A stretch of 64,000 nucleotides of DNA from Amphiscolops sp. MND2022 (Eukaryota): NCBI GenBank assembly GCA_964187785.1, contig OZ076409.1:32614001-32678000 (forward strand), given 5' to 3'. Positions within the stretch are counted from its first letter, which is position 1, and every line of letters starts with the position of its first letter. Of this stretch, positions 61,253-64,000 are shown piece by piece. A program made the translations under genes and the position numbers. The notes beneath the pieces were generated by a model, which ran no database searches, was not told the DNA's origin, and worked only from the letters and a program-made list of their open reading frames with translations.

Positions 61253-62102
61253 ATGAAAAAGAAATTGCGAAAAAATTATTCTCTCCTGTATTCAAGAAGT
61301 TCCAAAGAATTCAAATACAAACTCACTATACTATAAAGATGAGTGTTGGAGTACTGATTTGCTAGAGTGGTCTAATTTATCACAATACAAGAAAGATTTC
61401 GATTTTTTTTTCAATTTTTGACAATCATACTAAATATGCATGGGCGATTCCTCTTAAAGGTAAGTCCAGAAAAAGTAGAACAACTGCAATAAAAAGTCTT
61501 ATTGAAAAAGCCAAAAGAAAACATCATAAAATTTGGTCGGATAAAGCTAAATAGTTTTATAATAAAACATTTTTAGATTTTCTTAAAGAGCAAAACATTC
61601 AATTTTATTCAACTATTTCAGATTTGAAAGATGTTTTTGTTGAAAATTTCGATAGAACAATTTTAGATATTTTCAAAGAACCATGGTATATTGAAGGTAA
61701 AGAGTGTTGATTGAATAATTTTGATGCTTCTATTGAATTATATAATAACCGTGTCCATGGTACAACAAAAATGACACTGTTTGAAGACAGTAACAATAAA
61801 CTAATTCCTAGTTTTATTAATCATGATAATAATAAATTGCACAAGTTCCAAGTGGGAGATTTTGTAAGAGTTCCTGATAAACGCTATTTATTTTGTAAAG
61901 GTCATACAACTATTAGGAACAGAGAACTTTTTGAAATACTTTAAATTTACAAAACGAGTCCAGTAACTTATACTCTAGAAGATAAAAACAGAGAAATTGT
62001 TCGAGGAGAATATTTTGAACAAGAACATTTAAGAAGTGTATTCAACTTTGAATCTAAAACAAAACGTTAGAAAATATGAGTATTTTCCATAAATTTGAGT
62101 AA
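61253..62102 (+). pseudogene. Integrase relic (Polinton 2)
   Basis: DECWSTD, TKYAWAIPLK, IWSDK, VHGTTKMT, FQVGDFVRVPDK. Confidence 0.9.
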
Positions 62103-62119
62103 TTTTAAATTAGTAAATA

Positions 62120-63594
62120 ATGGCATTTCATAATTTTGGTTATAGTGTCGAGAGCTTGCAAAAAGATAAGATTGAGAATCTTGAAAAAGAATTAGAATCA
62201 CAAACCAATTTAATTAACAAAACACTTAATGATATGTCCGATAAATTAGAAACGTTCAACAACCTGAAAATGCCGAAAGCGCTTTGCGTGTACACGAAAT
62301 TCAATTCATCAACGGTGAAACAAATATGAAAATTAATGCAAAGTTATTCTTAGAGATAAATTAAAGAATAGAAGATATAAAATAAAATTTGAAACATTTA
62401 GAACAAGATATTAAAAATAAATTACTAGAAAAGAAGAAGGAAATAATTTTGGATGCTGCCAAGTTAGTAGAAGAACAACAAACTATTTTACGTAATCACT
62501 TCGAGAGAAACCTTTTTTCGGAATTGGAAAAATGTAAACGTGAAGCTGTCGAAGATAATATTCAATTACTATATAATAAAGAATAGTTTGATTTATTTGA
62601 AAGTAAAGACCAAAGTTTTAATGCGTATCTAACCTTCACAAACCAATACTTGTTGGAACAAGACGGGAACGTCTAAAGTCGGCGCTATATCTAAGGCTCA
62701 AAAAAGCGCTAAGTTTTTAAACTTGTAAAAGGGGGGACCCTTTCAGCTTTTCGAAAATTCAGTCTGTTGCAAAATATCAAAAAAATTGAAGGAGACAAAA
62801 TAAATTTCCGGAATTTTTTTGAAGAAACTTTCGGAAAAAAACGAAAAATGAGAATTTTGAAACAGTCTCACAGTGCCGAAAACTAGAGAGGGGGGCCCTT
62901 TGGGCTTTTTGAAACTTCAATTTGCTGCAAAATATTAAAAAACTTGAAGGGGGGACCGTTTGGCGACAAAAGAAAAACTTGAAAATTTTTTGAAAAAAAA
63001 TCAAAAAAAACGAAAAATGAGAATTTTGAAAGTCTGACAGTGCCGAAAAACTAGAAAGAGGGACCCTTTGGGCTTTTTGAAACTTCAATTTGCTGCAAAA
63101 TATTAAAAAACTTGAAGGGGGGACCGTTTGGCGACAAAAGAAAATTCGAATATAAAGTCGCACAGTGCCGAAAAAAATTCAAATGGGGGACCCTGTAGTC
63201 CCGTCCGGTTTTGTATCTTACGTTAAAAATTGAGTTCACGAAAGAGGGGACCCTTTGCAGTAACTCAGATGTGATTCCGCTTGCCGGTTCAGTACTTTTA
63301 GTATTTCTGTAAAAAGTGTCCACTACGCATACATTCTGTGGTCTGACAGAAAAAAAAAGAAAAAAAAATTGCCTCTGTAATAGTCGGGCTCATATTGATA
63401 AAATGCGCCGACTAAAAATACGGAACAAAAACACAAACATCAGATGGTGTGTATTATTTACCTGACCTACTCTATTCAACAAGACAAACCGTGTTGAATA
63501 GTTTGAAGAAAGACCTGTACAAAGATATTGTCGACCTTAAATATAGAATGAAACTAACCGATACTGAGCTCAATTTCATACTTTTTGAAAACTA
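62120..63594 (+). pseudogene. Homolog of 46994-47954, interrupted by a HINE
   Basis: IQLLYNK...KDQSFNAYLTF..YLLE [insertion] KYGTKTQTSDGVYYL...STRQ...YRMKLTDTELNFIL. Confidence 0.8.
62658..63415 (-). mobile_element. HINE/DINE-1-like element, copy 3, inserted in a Polinton 2 gene
   Basis: Reverse complement of 51671-52256 with extra internal repeat copies; removing it restores ...TTG GAA AAA TAC GGA (LEKYG); inserted in an A/T run with no TSD. Confidence 0.88.
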
Positions 63595-63597
63595 AAA

Positions 63598-64000
63598 GTG
63601 TAAAAGTTTATCAATTTTTCAAATATCAAAGATTCCGTAAATGCAAATTAGAAACCAAGTTTTTAATATAAAAAATTGTGTGAAAAATTACAACGTAGTT
63701 TGAATCCAGATGGTTTTGATATACGATTGAAAGAAAAAATAGTTTTATTATTTCAATTCAAAATATAAAAAACTTGAAAAGTTTTATAATCAGGAAGCTG
63801 AAAAGTATAAAAATTAAGACATATAAAATTATAAACGGTTTAATTCAATGTTTTGATGGAGTTTTATTATTGGGTGTTTCTTAAACATGTATCACGTTAA
63901 GTGTTACCGGAGTGGGACTGGTTGTGGTACCCATCGCGAGTGGTGTAGGTGCAGGAGTATCCTTATTCAGTAAGCTTATTGGTGAGTATCTGAAAAGAAA
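63598..64000 (+). pseudogene. Homolog of 46310-46990 (Polinton 2), runs off the window
   Basis: EAEKYK...FDGVLLL...LSVTGVGLVVVPIASGVGAG...EYLKRK. Confidence 0.8.

Larger units (their letters stand above)
54926..64000. mobile_element. Second, heavily decayed related Polinton (right end outside the window)
   Basis: Starts AGTAGTATACGAATTCCTGATCCTG (compare AGTAGTAGTGGAAATCCCGATACTG); shares TCACTAACCTC; the same gene series follows in order. Confidence 0.9.

Noticed and set aside
49824..63323. Phe/Lys-rich ORFs at 49824-50516, 51908-52198 and 62777-63323
   Set aside because: They lie within non-coding HINE-like repeats.

Overview
AT-rich, repeat-dominated eukaryotic (animal-like) genomic DNA. 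The only clear host coding sequence is one spliced exon of a cationic amino-acid transporter (SLC7A14/CAT-like, 49493-49644, +). From left to right: (i) a 3x tandem ~2.58-kb block containing an LTR-like TG...CA segment, followed by decayed minus-strand retroelement/env-like relics and a tRNA-Cys pseudogene; (ii) a ~15-kb decayed, intronless, all-minus-strand gene cluster (~16.9-31.9 kb) with a KDM2/KDM7-type JmjC demethylase, a Suv4-20-type SET methyltransferase joined to a Zn finger, and two tyrosine-recombinase relics, punctuated by four arrays of one 30-37-bp repeat family. This is a candidate undescribed large YR mobile element carrying a histone writer and eraser; (iii) a complete 15,066-bp Polinton/Maverick (adintovirus-like) element at 33442-48507 with ~336-bp TIRs, a 6-bp TSD (AACTAC), protease, penton, major capsid, integrase, pPolB and, unusually, two A32/FtsK-type ATPases and dozens of dispersed GC-rich mini-palindromes; (iv) three Helentron/HINE-like non-autonomous elements; (v) a second, more decayed related Polinton starting at 54926, running off the window, with a different gene arrangement. 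All calls come from motif recognition and hand translation; no database searches were run. Repeat-array and relic boundaries are approximate.
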